This document shows positions 10,579 through 22,014 of a stretch of 64,000 bases of DNA, piece after piece. The position numbers and the translations under genes were made by a program. Source of the stretch: Alphaproteobacteria bacterium (lineage in GTDB: Bacteria; Pseudomonadota; Alphaproteobacteria; JAAXGF01); contig CAUVXB020000002.1 in the NCBI GenBank assembly GCA_963555825.3, positions 3,296,001-3,360,000 on the forward strand. Direction: 5' to 3'. Positions within the stretch are counted from its first letter, which is position 1. Every line of letters starts with the position of its first letter. The notes beneath the pieces are model-generated. The model was not told where the DNA came from. It saw only the letters and a program-made list of their open reading frames with translations, and ran no database searches.

Positions 10579-11753
10579 TACCAGTGAGCGCCTGAATTGA
10601 CTCTCGGGATATTCATTGATGGCGGATGATGGCGGATTGTGATTCTATGGTCTCCCACCAGATGTGGGGGATGTCATGGGATCAGCACTCAAGATACGGG
10701 ATGATTTGACGCCTTTGGAGCTTCGGCGCTGGGCTCGCGTGGAATCGTACGGTCGAGCGGCGGCGCGGGCCTATGGGATCGCGAATGCTTTGGAGGAGAT
10801 GCCCCGGGCTGATGCCGCGCGGCTTGCGGGGATGGATCGCCAAACGCTTCGCGACGCGGTTGTTCGTTACAATGCAAAGGGATTGGAGGGGCTTCACGAC
10901 CGTCCAAAGGGCTACTCGCCGCGGCGGCTGACGGCAGACGAGGAAGCGGCGCTGGCGGCGGTCATCATCGCCGGGCCGGAGCCTGAGCGCGACGGGGTTT
11001 GCGCCTGGACCCGGGCCGATCTGTGCCGCTGGCTGGAGGAGCGCTTCGCCAAGACCTACCACCCCTCGAGCATGACCCGGGTTCTACGGCGGATGGGATT
11101 TTCCCGCCAGAAGGCGCGCCCGAGCCACCCGCGAAGGGACGCCGAAGCGCAGGAGCGCTTCAAAAAAGGGGGCTTCGCGACATCCTGAAGGCGACCGCCG
11201 CGGCGCATCCCGACAAGCGCCTACAGCTGTGGTTTCAGGATGAAGCGCGCGTCGGCAACAAGGGCCGGGTGTGTCACCGGTGGTGGCGCAGGGGCGAGCG
11301 TGCCCCCGGGACGCGTCAAATCGGCTACCAGTGGGCCTACATCTTCTCCGCCGTGCGCCCGGACACCGGCGACGACGTCACCCTGGTGATGCCGAGCGTC
11401 AACGCCAAGGTCATGGACCTGTTTCTCGCACACTTCGCCGATACCCTGGACCAGGATGCGCACGCCGTCATGATGTGCGACGGCGCCGGTTGGCACGACG
11501 AGCGCGCCCTCACCGTCCCCGACAACGTCACCTTGGCGCTGTTGCCGCCTTACAGTCCCGAACTCAACCCCGTCGAGCGGGTTTGGCTCTACCTACGCGA
11601 ACGCTTCCTATCGCTCCGCGGCCTCGACGACACCGAGGCCATCATCGACGCCTGTTGCCAAGCATGGATCGACCTCATCGCAGAACCGGATCGTATGCGA
11701 ACCCTCTGCGCCTATCCATGGATCATGAAAATGATTTCATAGGCTCACTGATA
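10579..11753 (+). mobile_element. IS630-family element (frameshifted transposase 10664-11742)
   Basis: Ends TACCAGTGAGC / GCTCACTGATA, taa duplication, A6G slippery site near 11162, motifs FQDEAR, DGAGWH, YSPELNPVE. Confidence 0.92.
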
Positions 11754-13777
11754 TAAGAAGGGACCGCTTGGCGGCTGCGGGCTTGTCCCCGTAGTCCACG
11801 GGAGGGCCCCGCGCGCGACGCGGCGTGCCCTCAACAGGCTGACGCGGCGGCGCGCGCGGGAGGGACCTGTGGGCCCACGGGGTCAAGCGTGGGCTGGGTG
11901 GTCGGTTCAGTTAGCAGTCGGGGTTTGACGCCTGCGGCTCTGGTTGAGCCTGTAGCTGTCACCGTTCATCTCGAGGATGTTGACGTGGTGGGTGAGGCGA
12001 TCGAGGAGCGCGCCGGTGAGGCGCTCGGAGCCGAACACCTCGGTCCATTCGTCGAAGGGCAGATTGGTGGTGACCAGGGTCGAGCCCCGCTCGTAGCGTT
12101 GGCTGAACACCTCGAACAACAGCTCGGCGCCGGTCTTCGACAGCGGCACGAAGCCGAGTTCGTCGACGATCAGAAGCTTGTAGGTGGCGAGCTTCTTCTG
12201 GAACCTCAGCAGCTGCTTGTCATCGCGGGCCTCGATGAGTTCGTGGACCAGCGCGGCGGCGGTGATGAAGCCGACCGAGAGGCCCTTCTGGCAGGCCGCC
12301 AGGCCGAGACCGAGGGCGATGTGGGTCTTGCCGGTCCCACTGTTGCCGAGCGCGATGAGGTTCTCGCGGCGCTCGATGTACTCGCAGCGGGCCAGCTCCA
12401 GGACCAGCGCCTTGTTGAGCGAGGGGATGACCTTGAAGTCGAAGCTGTCGAGGCTCTTGACCACGGGGAAGCGCGCCGCCTTGATGCGCCGCTCGACCAT
12501 GCGGCGCTCGCGGTCGATCAGCTCGAGCTCGGCGAGTCTCAACAGGTAGCGGACGTGATCGACGCCTTCCGAGGCGCACTGCCGGGCGATCTTGTCGTAC
12601 TCGCGCAGGAAGGTCGGCAGCTTCAGCGTCTTGAGGTGGTGGGCGAGCAGCACTTGCGGTGTGTCGGTCATGCGCCGAGCCCCGACAGCAGGCTCATGTA
12701 CGACTTGGCGGACGTCATCGCGACCCGGGCGCGCGGCAGATACGGATAGACGTCGAGGTTGAGCCTGGGCGGCCGCCGCTCGATGCGGCACAGTACCAGG
12801 TGCTTCACCGCATCAAAGCCGATTGCGCCGAGCCGCAGGGCGTCGCCGACCGCACCCTCGACCTCCTCGAGCCGGAAGGTCTCCAGTAGACGGAGCACCT
12901 GGACGTACTCGCGCTTGCCTGCCTTGCCCATACGAGCTTCGAGGAGCCGCCGCAGAGTGATGAAGGCCTCGGGCAGGTCCCAGCCCGCCAATGGCGCGGC
13001 CTGGTCGAGGGCGCCGATCTTCTGCTCGATCAAGGGCAGGTAATGCAGCGGGTCGAAGATCAGGTCCTCGCTGTCGTAGGACCGGCGGTGCCGGGCGATC
13101 ACCTCGGCCCCGCAGCTGATCACCACCTCATCGACGTAGCCCCGGATGAGCACCTCACGGTGGCCGTAGGCCACGGGCACGGAATAGTCGTTGCTGCGGT
13201 AACGCACCAGCGACAGCGAACTCGCCCGTCCAGGGCGCTTATCGCAGGCATCATAGGGAGCAGGCGGCAATGGCAAGAGAACTTGACGATCCCGCTCGAG
13301 ACGCTCGCCGATGGTCTCCTTGTGGCCCCGCAGCCGCGCCGCCTGGCGCCGGCGGCACTGTTCGGCGAGAGCATCGTTGAGGGCCGCGAAGCTCTCGGCA
13401 CGCGGGACGGGGACCAGGAAGTTCCGCCGGATGAAGCCGACCAGTCCCTCGACCTTGCCCTTGTCGTTGCCCTTGCCCGGCCGGCCGAACCTGTCCTCGA
13501 ACAGATAGTGGGACTGAAGCTCCGTGAAGACGCGCGTTCGCTGCCGCTTCCCATCGCCCAGGATCCGGGCAACCGCCAGCTTGGTGTTGTCGTACAGGAT
13601 GGATCGGGGGACGCCGCCGAAGAAGGCAAACGCCGCGTTGTGGCCATCGCAGAATGCTTCGGTCGTCTCCGCCGGATAGGCCGCAACAAAGCAACCATCA
13701 CTGTGGGGAAGGTCGAAGGCAAGGAAGTGGATCTTCCGTAACGCGCCGCCGATCACCGCCATCGCTTCGCCGAAGTC

Positions 13778-15114
13778 TGAGGTGGTCCCAGAAAATCGGA
13801 CAGGGAGCTAAGGTGTATTCCACCGGATAACGGAGGAATACGAGATGACGAATCGACGCCGGTTTACGGCGGAATTCAAGGCCCGGGTGGCGCTGGAAGC
13901 GCTGCGGGGCGACAAGACGATCCAGCAGATCGCGGCCAAGCACAAGGTGCATCCGAACCAGGTGAGCGCCTGGAAGCGCCAGGCGGTGGACGGTCTGGGC
14001 GAAGTGTTTTCGAACGGCGCCAACCGCGCTTGCCGGGATCATGAATCCGAGGTCCGCGACCTTCACGCCAAGATCGGCGAGCTGACGGTGGAACGGGATT
14101 TTTTAGCCAGAGGGCTCAAGCGATGAGCCGGGGGGAGCGCAAGGCGATGATCACACGCGACGCCCCCGAGCTGAGCTTGAGCCGTCAATGCCGCCTGCTT
14201 TCGATCGGCCGGTCCTCGTTCTATTATGCGCCCAGGGGGGAGAGCCCTTCGAGTCTGGCGCTGATGCGTCGGATCGACGAGTTGTTCATGAAGTACCCGT
14301 TCTACGGCAGCCGCCAGATGGTCCGCCAGTTGCGGCGGGACGGCGTTTGCGTCGGCCGTCACCGGGTTCGCAGGTTGATGCGATTGATAGGCCTGGAGGC
14401 GATCTATCAGGCGCCGAGAACCAGCGTGCCGCATCCCATGCACCGGATTTATCCTTATCTTCTCAAAGGGATGGCTATCGACCAGCCCAATCGGGTCTGG
14501 TGCGCCGACATCACCTATATCCCCGTCCAGCGTGGCTTTCTGTACCTGGTAGCGATCATGGACTGGGCGACGCGCCACGTTTTATCCTGGCGGCTGTCGA
14601 ACACCATGGACGCTGGATTCTGCGCCGAGGCCTTGGGCGACGCGCTGGCCCGCTACGGCCAGCCGGAGATATTCAATACGGATCAGGGCAGCCAGTTCAC
14701 CAGCCTCGACTTCACCGGCGTGCTCAAGAACGCGAGCATCCGCATCTCCATGGACGGTCGGGGCCGCTGCATGGACAACATCTTCATCGAGCGCCTGTGG
14801 CGGTCTCTCAAGTATGAGGCGGTCTACCTACACGAGCTCACCGACGGCTTCCACGCCGAACGGGTCATCGGCGAGTGGATCGGCTTCTACAACACCGAGC
14901 GGCCCCATTCGTCCCTCGACGGTCAAACGCCGGCCGAGGCCTACGGGGCCGGTCAACCTGTGGATATGATGGACAAGGCTCGCGCCTTGCCCACATCCCC
15001 ACAGGCTCAACAACAGCAACAGGATGTGATAAAAAGGATTTTGGCAGCATGATCAAACAACGGAATACACCTTAACCGCGCTGCCAAACTGTCCAACAAA
15101 GTGGGACCACCTCA
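13778..15114 (+). mobile_element. IS3-family element, copy 3 (1337 bp), inside istA
   Basis: Same sequence as copies 1 and 2. 3-bp TSD gtc. Confidence 0.95.
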
Positions 15115-15752
15115 GTCCGCCTGGGCGTGACCGGGGGAATGGGAGAGTGGCACGAACACCTCACGCGACCGAAGCCCCTGCTCACGAACGTAGTCCTTCA
15201 CGATGGTGTAGCCGCCCGTGAAACCGTACTCGTCCCGGAGGCGGTCGAAGATGCGCTTCGCAGTGTGCCGTTGCTTGCGGTGGCTGGTCCGATCGTCTTC
15301 CAAGATCCGATCGATGATTCCCGTGAACGGACCCAGCTTTGGCCGCCTCGGCGGCGCGCTTCGGCGATACCCTGGCGGCACCGAGAACGACAGCATCTTA
15401 CGGACCGTCTTGCGGTCTACACCAAACACCCGCGAGGCCTCGCGGGTGCTCATCCCCTCGACATGACACGCCCGCCGAACCCGTGCGTACAACTCCACCC
15501 GATACATCCCCCCCGCCTTCCAGTCAGAGCAACCCTGACAGAAGGCTATACGCGGTCCCATTTTGGTCCGCCGCAGCCGGATCGACCGGCCGCTTCAGTG
15601 GGGGATTATTGCTCTGCCGTTCTCAATCGGACCAGCGATCAAACAATTCCCCAGTCCGTCGGTCGCGTAAAGTAAACATACACCATCATAAGGACCTCGA
15701 CTCCCATGTGGAATCGACTTTTTACCGCCCCGTCAACTTTCGGGTATAGCTC

Positions 15753-16523
15753 GGTGGCGAGTAGCTTCCTGTTATGAACAAGATCAGCTACCGCCGACAT
15801 CGGTTTCCTGCAGAGATAATCCAGCGCGCCGTCTGGCTGTGTTTCCGGTTTCCGCTCAGTTACCGCGATGTGGAGGATCTGCTCGCTGAACGTGGTGTCG
15901 ATGTTTCTTACGAGACGATACGGCGCTGGGCTTTAAAGTTTGGGCAGGCCTATGCCCGAAAACTGAGACAATCACGCCCTCGACCAGACGACCGGTGGCA
16001 CCTTGATGAGGTGTTTTCCTCCATCAACGGAAAACGGATGTATCTATGGCGGGCGGTGGACAGCGAGGGTGAGGTGCTGGATATCCTGGTTCAGTCCCGG
16101 AGGAACAAGAAAGCAGCACTCAAGCTGATGCGCAAACTGCTCAAGAAGCAGGGGTATGCGCCGAATAAGGTGGTGACCGATAAACTGCCATCTTACGGGG
16201 CAGCATTGCGTGATCTCAACATGACGGGGAAACACGTTACCGGCGGACGGAGCAACAATCGGGCGGAGAATTCGCACCTGCCGGTTCGACAACGAGAACG
16301 CAGGATGCAGGGCTTCAAGTCATCAGGATCGGCGCAAAGGTTTCTCTCCACCCACGCCGCCATCTACAACACCTTCAATGTCCAACGTCATCTGATCACT
16401 CGCAAGACAATGAGCCAATTCCGCGGTGACGCGATGAACACGTGGCGGACCGTGACCGCTGCTGCTTGAGCCGCTCAGTTCAGACGTTCAACTGCGACCT
16501 GCCTTCGTTAAGTTGACAACACC
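15753..16523 (+). mobile_element. IS6-family element (transposase 15774-16469) lacking its left IR
   Basis: Motifs WHLDE, YLWRAVD, VTDK, NNRAENSH. Right IR aacttgacaacacc-like. The left end is replaced by an IS256-like terminus (cgggtatagctc). Confidence 0.9.
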
Positions 16524-16626
16524 CAGACGAGGCTCTCTGGAACCGCGGTCCTTATCCGACCGTCGACCGGAGCCGTCTCTCTGAACAAACAAGAACATAA
16601 CACTGACCAAAGGGAGGCCGAACATC

Positions 16627-16931
16627 ATGAGCTTTCACAAAACTCCTGGGGCGTAATCGCCGCCGGTCTGTTCGTTGCCTCGAACGCGGTGGCGGGGACG
16701 GAGCTCACCGTCTACACCGCCGTCGAGGCCGAGGATCTCAAGCGCTACGCCGAGACCTTCAGCCAGGATCACCCGGACATCACCATCAACTGGGTGCGTG
16801 ACTCGACCGGCATCGTCACCGCCAAGCTGCTGGCGGAGAAGAACAACCCGCAGGCCGATGTGGCCTGGGGCGTGGCCGGCACTTCGCTGTTGCTGCTCAA
16901 GGCCGAGGGCATGCTGGAGCCCTACGCGCCG
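16627..16931 (+). pseudogene. 5' fragment of a paralogous 2-AEP/iron-type ABC substrate-binding protein
   Basis: ELTVYTAVEAEDL...INWVRDSTGIVTAKLLAE...EPYAP is homologous to 19923-20981. Frameshift in the signal region, and it abuts the oppositely oriented permease. Confidence 0.8.
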
Positions 16932-18682
16932 ACGGTTTCGGCGACGGTTTCGCGCCGGCGCCAGGCTTGGCTGCGGCGCTGCACGCCGCGCGTCACCAGG
17001 CCGTGGAGAATGCGCACGCCGGCCGAGGTATAGACGATCATCATCGCCATCGCCGCCGCCGCGGCGATATCGCCCTGATCGTCCATGTTCAAGACGGCGA
17101 CCGCAGCGAGATGCGTCTCCGGCCCCCACAGGAACACGACCGCCGAGACCGTCGTCATGGCGTTGACGAACAGATAGATCGAGATGTCGAGGATCGCCGG
17201 CAGGCAAACCGGGAATGTGACCCGCGCGAAGGTCTTGTAGAACGGCACCTTGAGCGAGGCCGAGACCGCCTCGAACTCGGCATCCATCTGCTTGAGCGCG
17301 GTCATCGCCGTCAGATGCGGCACCGTGTAGTAGTGCACGATGGTGCAGATCACCAGGATGCCCATCGTCGCGTAGAGGAAGCTGAACGGGTTGGCGAGCT
17401 CGATGCCGGTCAGCGGGATGGTGAAGGTCGTCGGGTTGAAGAAGAAGATGTAGGCGAGACCGAGCACCATGCCGGGCACGGCGAGCGGGACGATGGCGAT
17501 GAACTGCAGCACCGAGCGGAACCTGGTGTAGCGCCGCGACTTTTCGATGAAGTAGGCGCCCGTGAAGATGATCAAGGTGCCGAGCACCGCCACCCACACC
17601 GCCATGATGAGGCTGTTCTGGTAGGCCGCCCAGCCGCCGCCGTCCATCAGGTCGAACTGGTAGTTGGCGAGCGTGAGGCTGAGGTTGTAGGGCCAGAACG
17701 TGATGAACGACGCATAGGCCGACACCGCCAGGACGCCGATCAGGATGAACGTGATGACCAGGCAGTAGGCCAGCATGATGAGGTCGAAGCGCCGGTTCGG
17801 CTTGGGCTCGAGCGGCACCGACTGCGCCGAGATCTGCGCCACCTGGCGGCGCTGCACCAGGCGTTGGGCGATGAAGCTGAGGATGACCGGGAACAGCAGG
17901 ACGACGCTGACCACGGCGCCCATCTGGAAGTTCCACTGGCCGACCACCTGCTTGTAGATATCGACCGAGAGTACGTTGTACCAGCCGCCGATCACCTTGG
18001 GCGCGCCGAAGTCGGTGATCCCGTAAGTGAAGGCGACGAAGCAGGCGCTCATCACGCCGTATTTGGCGCCTGGCAGGGTGACCGTGAAGAAGATGCGCAG
18101 CTTGCTCGTGCGCAGCGCGACCGCCACCTCGTAGAGCCGCGCGTCGGCGGTCGACAGCGCCGTTGTCAGGATCATCACGGTGTGCGGGAAGATCCAGAAC
18201 GACAGCGCGGTGACGATGCCGATCGGCCCGTAGATCGAGTAGCCGCCCAGCACCTCCTTGATCATGCCCTGGTTGCCGAATAGGTAAACCAGCGAGATCG
18301 CCGGCAGCAGCGACGGTGCCAGGATGGGGATCATCGCGACGCCGCGGAAGAACCCCTTGAACGGCATGCAGCTGCGGGTCAGCGCGTAAGCGTAGATGAA
18401 AGCGAGCGTGACGGTGATCACCATGGTCAACACGCCGATCGTGATGGTGTGCTGCGCCGAGGTCACCAGCGCCGGCGTGCCGAAGTATTCGACGTAGTTG
18501 GCGAATCCGACGAAGTGCCCGTCGGCGTCCTCGAAGCTCTTCGAAAGCATCGCGTAAAGCGGCAGGAACACCGCCCCGGCGAGCACGAGCGCCAGGACGA
18601 CGAGGCCGGCGCCCTGGATCAGGTCGTCACGGCTGAGCCTGGGACGAAGCGGCGCGGCGCGGGCGACGGCGATCTCGGCCAC
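16922..18682 (-). CDS. Putative 2-aminoethylphosphonate ABC transporter permease (two TM modules)
   Basis: GTG at 18682 after AAGGAGG. Two EAA-type loops (DARLYEVA, DAEFEAVSASL). Confidence 0.88.
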   Translation of the reverse strand: MAEIAVARAAPLRPRLSRDDLIQGAGLVVLALVLAGAVFLPLYAMLSKSFEDADGHFVGFANYVEYFGTPALVTSAQHTITIGVLTMVITVTLAFIYAYALTRSCMPFKGFFRGVAMIPILAPSLLPAISLVYLFGNQGMIKEVLGGYSIYGPIGIVTALSFWIFPHTVMILTTALSTADARLYEVAVALRTSKLRIFFTVTLPGAKYGVMSACFVAFTYGITDFGAPKVIGGWYNVLSVDIYKQVVGQWNFQMGAVVSVVLLFPVILSFIAQRLVQRRQVAQISAQSVPLEPKPNRRFDLIMLAYCLVITFILIGVLAVSAYASFITFWPYNLSLTLANYQFDLMDGGGWAAYQNSLIMAVWVAVLGTLIIFTGAYFIEKSRRYTRFRSVLQFIAIVPLAVPGMVLGLAYIFFFNPTTFTIPLTGIELANPFSFLYATMGILVICTIVHYYTVPHLTAMTALKQMDAEFEAVSASLKVPFYKTFARVTFPVCLPAILDISIYLFVNAMTTVSAVVFLWGPETHLAAVAVLNMDDQGDIAAAAAMAMMIVYTSAGVRILHGLVTRGVQRRSQAWRRRETVAETVGA

Positions 18683-18693
18683 GGTTCGCCTCC

Positions 18694-19806
18694 TTATAGA
18701 GCGGTGAACACGCGGATGCGGTCGTCGGGAAAGACGACCGCGAGCGCCGCGCCTTCGCGGATGCCGAGCTCGCCGACGAGGTGGGGCGGAAAGTCGGCGA
18801 TGATCGACTGGTCGTCGATCCCTTCGACCGCGAGCGTCGCCCGGTAGAAGGCGCCCAGGAACTCGAGCACATCGACGCGTACCGCCACCGCGTTGGGCAC
18901 ATCGCCCGCGGACCCGCGCACCGAGAGGTCCTCGGGCCGGACGCACACGGTGATCGCCGTGTCCTGCGCCAGCCCGTCGAGGCCGTTGCTGCACCGAAGC
19001 TCGATTCGCCCCACGCGCAGGCGATCGAGCGCGAGGACGACGCCGGGCAGGAAGTTCATCTTGCCGACGAAGTCGGCGACGAACTGGGTCGCCGGATTGC
19101 GGTAAATCTCGACCGGGGTGCCGACCTGACCGATGACGCCCTGGTCCATGACGACGACGCGGTCGGCCATGGTCAGCGCCTCCTCCTGGTCGTGGGTCAC
19201 CATGATCGTGGTGACCTCGAGGCGGCGATGCAGCTCCTTGATCTCGTGCCGAAGATAGGCGCGCACCTTGGCGTCGAGCGCGCTCAACGGCTCGTCGAGC
19301 AGCAAGAGGCCCGGCCGCGCCGCGAGCGCCCGCGCCAGAGCGACGCGCTGCTGCTGACCACCCGAAAGCTGCGAAGGGTATTTCTCGTCCTGTCCGGTCA
19401 GCCCGACGAGCCCGAGCAGCTCTTCCACGCGCTTGGCGATTTCCTTCTTCTTCATGCGCCGGTTTTCGAGCCCGTACGCCAGGTTCTTGTAAACCGTGAG
19501 ATTGGGGAACAAGGCATAGGACTGGAAGACGATGCCGAAGTCGCGCGCCGTCGGCGGCAAGGTCGAGATGTCTTCGCCGGCCTGGACGATGCGCCCCTGG
19601 GTCTGGATGTCGAGCCCGGCGATGCAGCGCAACAGCGTCGTCTTGCCGCAACCAGACGGGCCCAGAAAACAGACGAATTCGCGGTCGTAGACGTCGAGGC
19701 TCACGTCGTCGAGCGCGGTAAATGCGCCGAACATCTTCGTGAGATGCTCGAGATTCAGGTACGGCCGGCTATCGTTGGTCGCCGTGTCTATCGTTTCCTG
19801 GGCCAT
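18694..19806 (-). CDS. ABC transporter ATP-binding subunit (PhnT/PotA-like, TOBE domain)
   Basis: GPSGCGKTT, LSGGQQQR, LLLLDEP, VTHDQEEA. Confidence 0.92.
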   Translation of the reverse strand: MAQETIDTATNDSRPYLNLEHLTKMFGAFTALDDVSLDVYDREFVCFLGPSGCGKTTLLRCIAGLDIQTQGRIVQAGEDISTLPPTARDFGIVFQSYALFPNLTVYKNLAYGLENRRMKKKEIAKRVEELLGLVGLTGQDEKYPSQLSGGQQQRVALARALAARPGLLLLDEPLSALDAKVRAYLRHEIKELHRRLEVTTIMVTHDQEEALTMADRVVVMDQGVIGQVGTPVEIYRNPATQFVADFVGKMNFLPGVVLALDRLRVGRIELRCSNGLDGLAQDTAITVCVRPEDLSVRGSAGDVPNAVAVRVDVLEFLGAFYRATLAVEGIDDQSIIADFPPHLVGELGIREGAALAVVFPDDRIRVFTAL

Positions 19807-19922
19807 CGCGCTCCGGCAATGCCGCCCTCAAACCAGAATAGGAGGCCCGGCCGCCCCGTCGGTCTCACAAAGCGGCCGGGTCGCTCTCCGACCGGAGAAC
19901 GGTATACGCTTCGACGACGCGC

Positions 19923-20981
19923 CTAGCCCTTCGGCTCGGACTTGACGTCGTAGCGCGTCTGCCACTCGCCGAGTATGCGCTTGCGGTTGCTCGCGGCCCA
20001 ACCGAAATCGTTCTCAATCATCATGTCGAGCATGTTCTCGGGGAAGTGCTCGACCGGCTCGGCGATCTCGGGGATCGCCAGGAGCGGCAGGAAGTCGTTG
20101 TACACCTTCATCGCCGCCGGCGAGATGTGCCAATCCATCAGCGTTTTCGCCGCCTCGATCTTCTTCGAGGTCTTGAGGATGCCGCTCGCCTCGACCTCCC
20201 AGCCGACCCCTTCCTCGGGCAGGATGAGATTGAGCGGCGCGCCCTTCTTTATGAGCTTGGCGCCGCGGAAGGCGAAGGAGATGCCGATCGGGTACTCGCC
20301 CGCGGCGGCCAGCCGGCACGGCTTGGACCCCGAATGGGTGTAGCGCGCCATGTTCTGGTGCAGTGCGTCCATGTACGTCCACGCCGCGTCCTCGCCCATC
20401 AGCTGCAGCCAGCTGGATACGGTGAGGAATCCGGTGCCTGACGAGTTCGGATTGGGCATGACCAGATGGTCTTTGTAAACCGGGTCAAGCAGGTCCTGCC
20501 ACGAGACAGGCTTGGGCAGGTTGAACTTTTCCGCCTCGATGGTGTTGTAGCAGACCACCGCGGCATAGGCGTCGATCCCGACCCAGTGCGGCGGGTTCCT
20601 GGAATCGCGGAACTTGGAATCGAGCCTGTCGAGCCCCTTCGGCGCGTAGGGCAGCAACATGCCCTTCTCGTCGACCACTAGGAGGCTGGTCGCCGAGGTG
20701 CCCAAGAAGACGTCGGCCTGCGGGTTGCCGGCGTCGATCTCCGCCAGGATCTTGGCCGTGATGATGCCCGTCGAATCGCGCACCCAATTGATGTCGATAT
20801 CCGGGTGCTCGGCGCGGAACGCCTTCCGCAAGGGCTCGAGCTCTTCGGCTTCGAGCGCCGTGTAGACGGTGAGCGTCGTATCGGCCACGGCCGCATTGCC
20901 GGCGAGGCCGACGGCGAACAGCCCGGCGGCGGCGATGCCCCAGAAACGCTTGGCGAGTCGTCTACCGAATTCGTGTTTCAT
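19923..20981 (-). CDS. Putative 2-aminoethylphosphonate ABC transporter substrate-binding protein (PhnS-like)
   Basis: Signal peptide and motifs WVRDSTG, PNPNSSGTG, YTHSGSKPC. Confidence 0.88.
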   Translation of the reverse strand: MKHEFGRRLAKRFWGIAAAGLFAVGLAGNAAVADTTLTVYTALEAEELEPLRKAFRAEHPDIDINWVRDSTGIITAKILAEIDAGNPQADVFLGTSATSLLVVDEKGMLLPYAPKGLDRLDSKFRDSRNPPHWVGIDAYAAVVCYNTIEAEKFNLPKPVSWQDLLDPVYKDHLVMPNPNSSGTGFLTVSSWLQLMGEDAAWTYMDALHQNMARYTHSGSKPCRLAAAGEYPIGISFAFRGAKLIKKGAPLNLILPEEGVGWEVEASGILKTSKKIEAAKTLMDWHISPAAMKVYNDFLPLLAIPEIAEPVEHFPENMLDMMIENDFGWAASNRKRILGEWQTRYDVKSEPKG

Positions 20982-21224
20982 GGCTATGTTTCTCCCTGTG
21001 ATTAGCCCGGTGCGGGGCATGCCGACTTGCGCGCATCTCGACTGCCATGACTTAGCAGAAATTCCCCAGATGACCACTTGTGCTCACCGGTAGCGCAGCA
21101 AATTTGGCGGTCGAATCCTAATGTGCTCATGACTGTTCGGTCAAGATTTATTGTGGTTTTTTGCCGTTTGGCCCAAAAATCGCGAACAACAGGCCACTCA
21201 ATGGTCGGGGCTCTCCTCGTCGAT

Positions 21225-21409
21225 TCGAAACTCGAGATCGACCAGTCCATCAGGGTCTTCGCGGCTTCGAGATTGGGGGTGCCGGCGATGTTGCGCCCGC
21301 GGCGGCGATGGGGATGATGATCTTCTACACCAACGCCGTGGCGCGGCTCATCCATGTCGCGATTTCGAAGGGTGTCCTGAAACGCACCCAGGCATGGCGG
21401 TTCAGGTGA
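21225..21409. pseudogene. Back-to-back fragments of a paralogous binding protein (- strand) and a paralogous permease C-terminus (+ strand)
   Basis: - strand IAGTPNLEAAKTLMDWSIS matches KIEAAKTLMDWHIS. + strand GDVAPAAAMGMMIFY...RTQAWR matches GDIAAAAAMAMMIVY...RSQAWR. Confidence 0.8.
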
Positions 21410-21453
21410 CGACAACGCGTGCGCAATAACGCGGGATCGGGTACGAAACCGGT

Positions 21454-22014
21454 ATGGACGACTATTTCGATCTGGGCCGCTACTCCCGGCCCATCGCCAC
21501 AGACAACGCGGAGACGCAAATCTGGTTCGATCGCGGTTTGAACTGGATCTACGGGTTCAACCACGAGGAAGCCGTCGCCTGCTTCCGGCAAGCCGCGGCG
21601 CTCGATCCCGAATGCGCCATGGCCTATTGGGGCATCGCATTCGCCAGCGGGCCCTTCTACAACATGCCCTGGGAGATGTTCAGCCCGCACGAAGCCGAAG
21701 CGGCCGTTGCGACTTGTCAGGCGGCGGTTCAGAAGGCCCGCGCCTGCGCGCAGAATGCAACCCCGGTCGAGCAGGCGTTGATCGGCGCGGTATCGGTCAA
21801 GTTTCCGAAGCGGCACGCCGTCGGCGCTAGCGAGTTCCGCGCCTGGGACGACGCCTATGCGGACGCGATGCGCGAGGTCCATGCCGCCAACCCAGATGAC
21901 CCGGACGTCATCGCGCTGTTCGCCGAAGCGCTGATGTCGCGCACACCGTGGAAGTTGTGGAACCGGGAGACCGGCGAGCCGGCCGAGGGGGCGGATACGC
22001 TCGAAGCGCTGCGG
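21454..22014 (+). pseudogene. TPR-containing protein, 3'-truncated by IS21
   Basis: WFDRGLNWIYGFNHEEAVACFRQAAALDPECAMAYWGIA. Cut at the IS21 end, 22015. Confidence 0.8.

Larger units (their letters stand above)
10538..15625 (-). mobile_element. IS21-family element copy A (istA 12668-15507 split by IS3, istB 11907-12671), IS630 inserted in its right end
   Basis: Ends TGAGAACGGC... and ...GCCATTGACA. IstB Walker A GNSGTGKT and Walker B LLIVDE. Confidence 0.93.

Noticed and set aside
16922-19651. 909-aa ORF as a giant permease
   Set aside because: The N-terminal extension is an off-frame read-through of the ATPase gene. The true start is the GTG at 18682 with an RBS.
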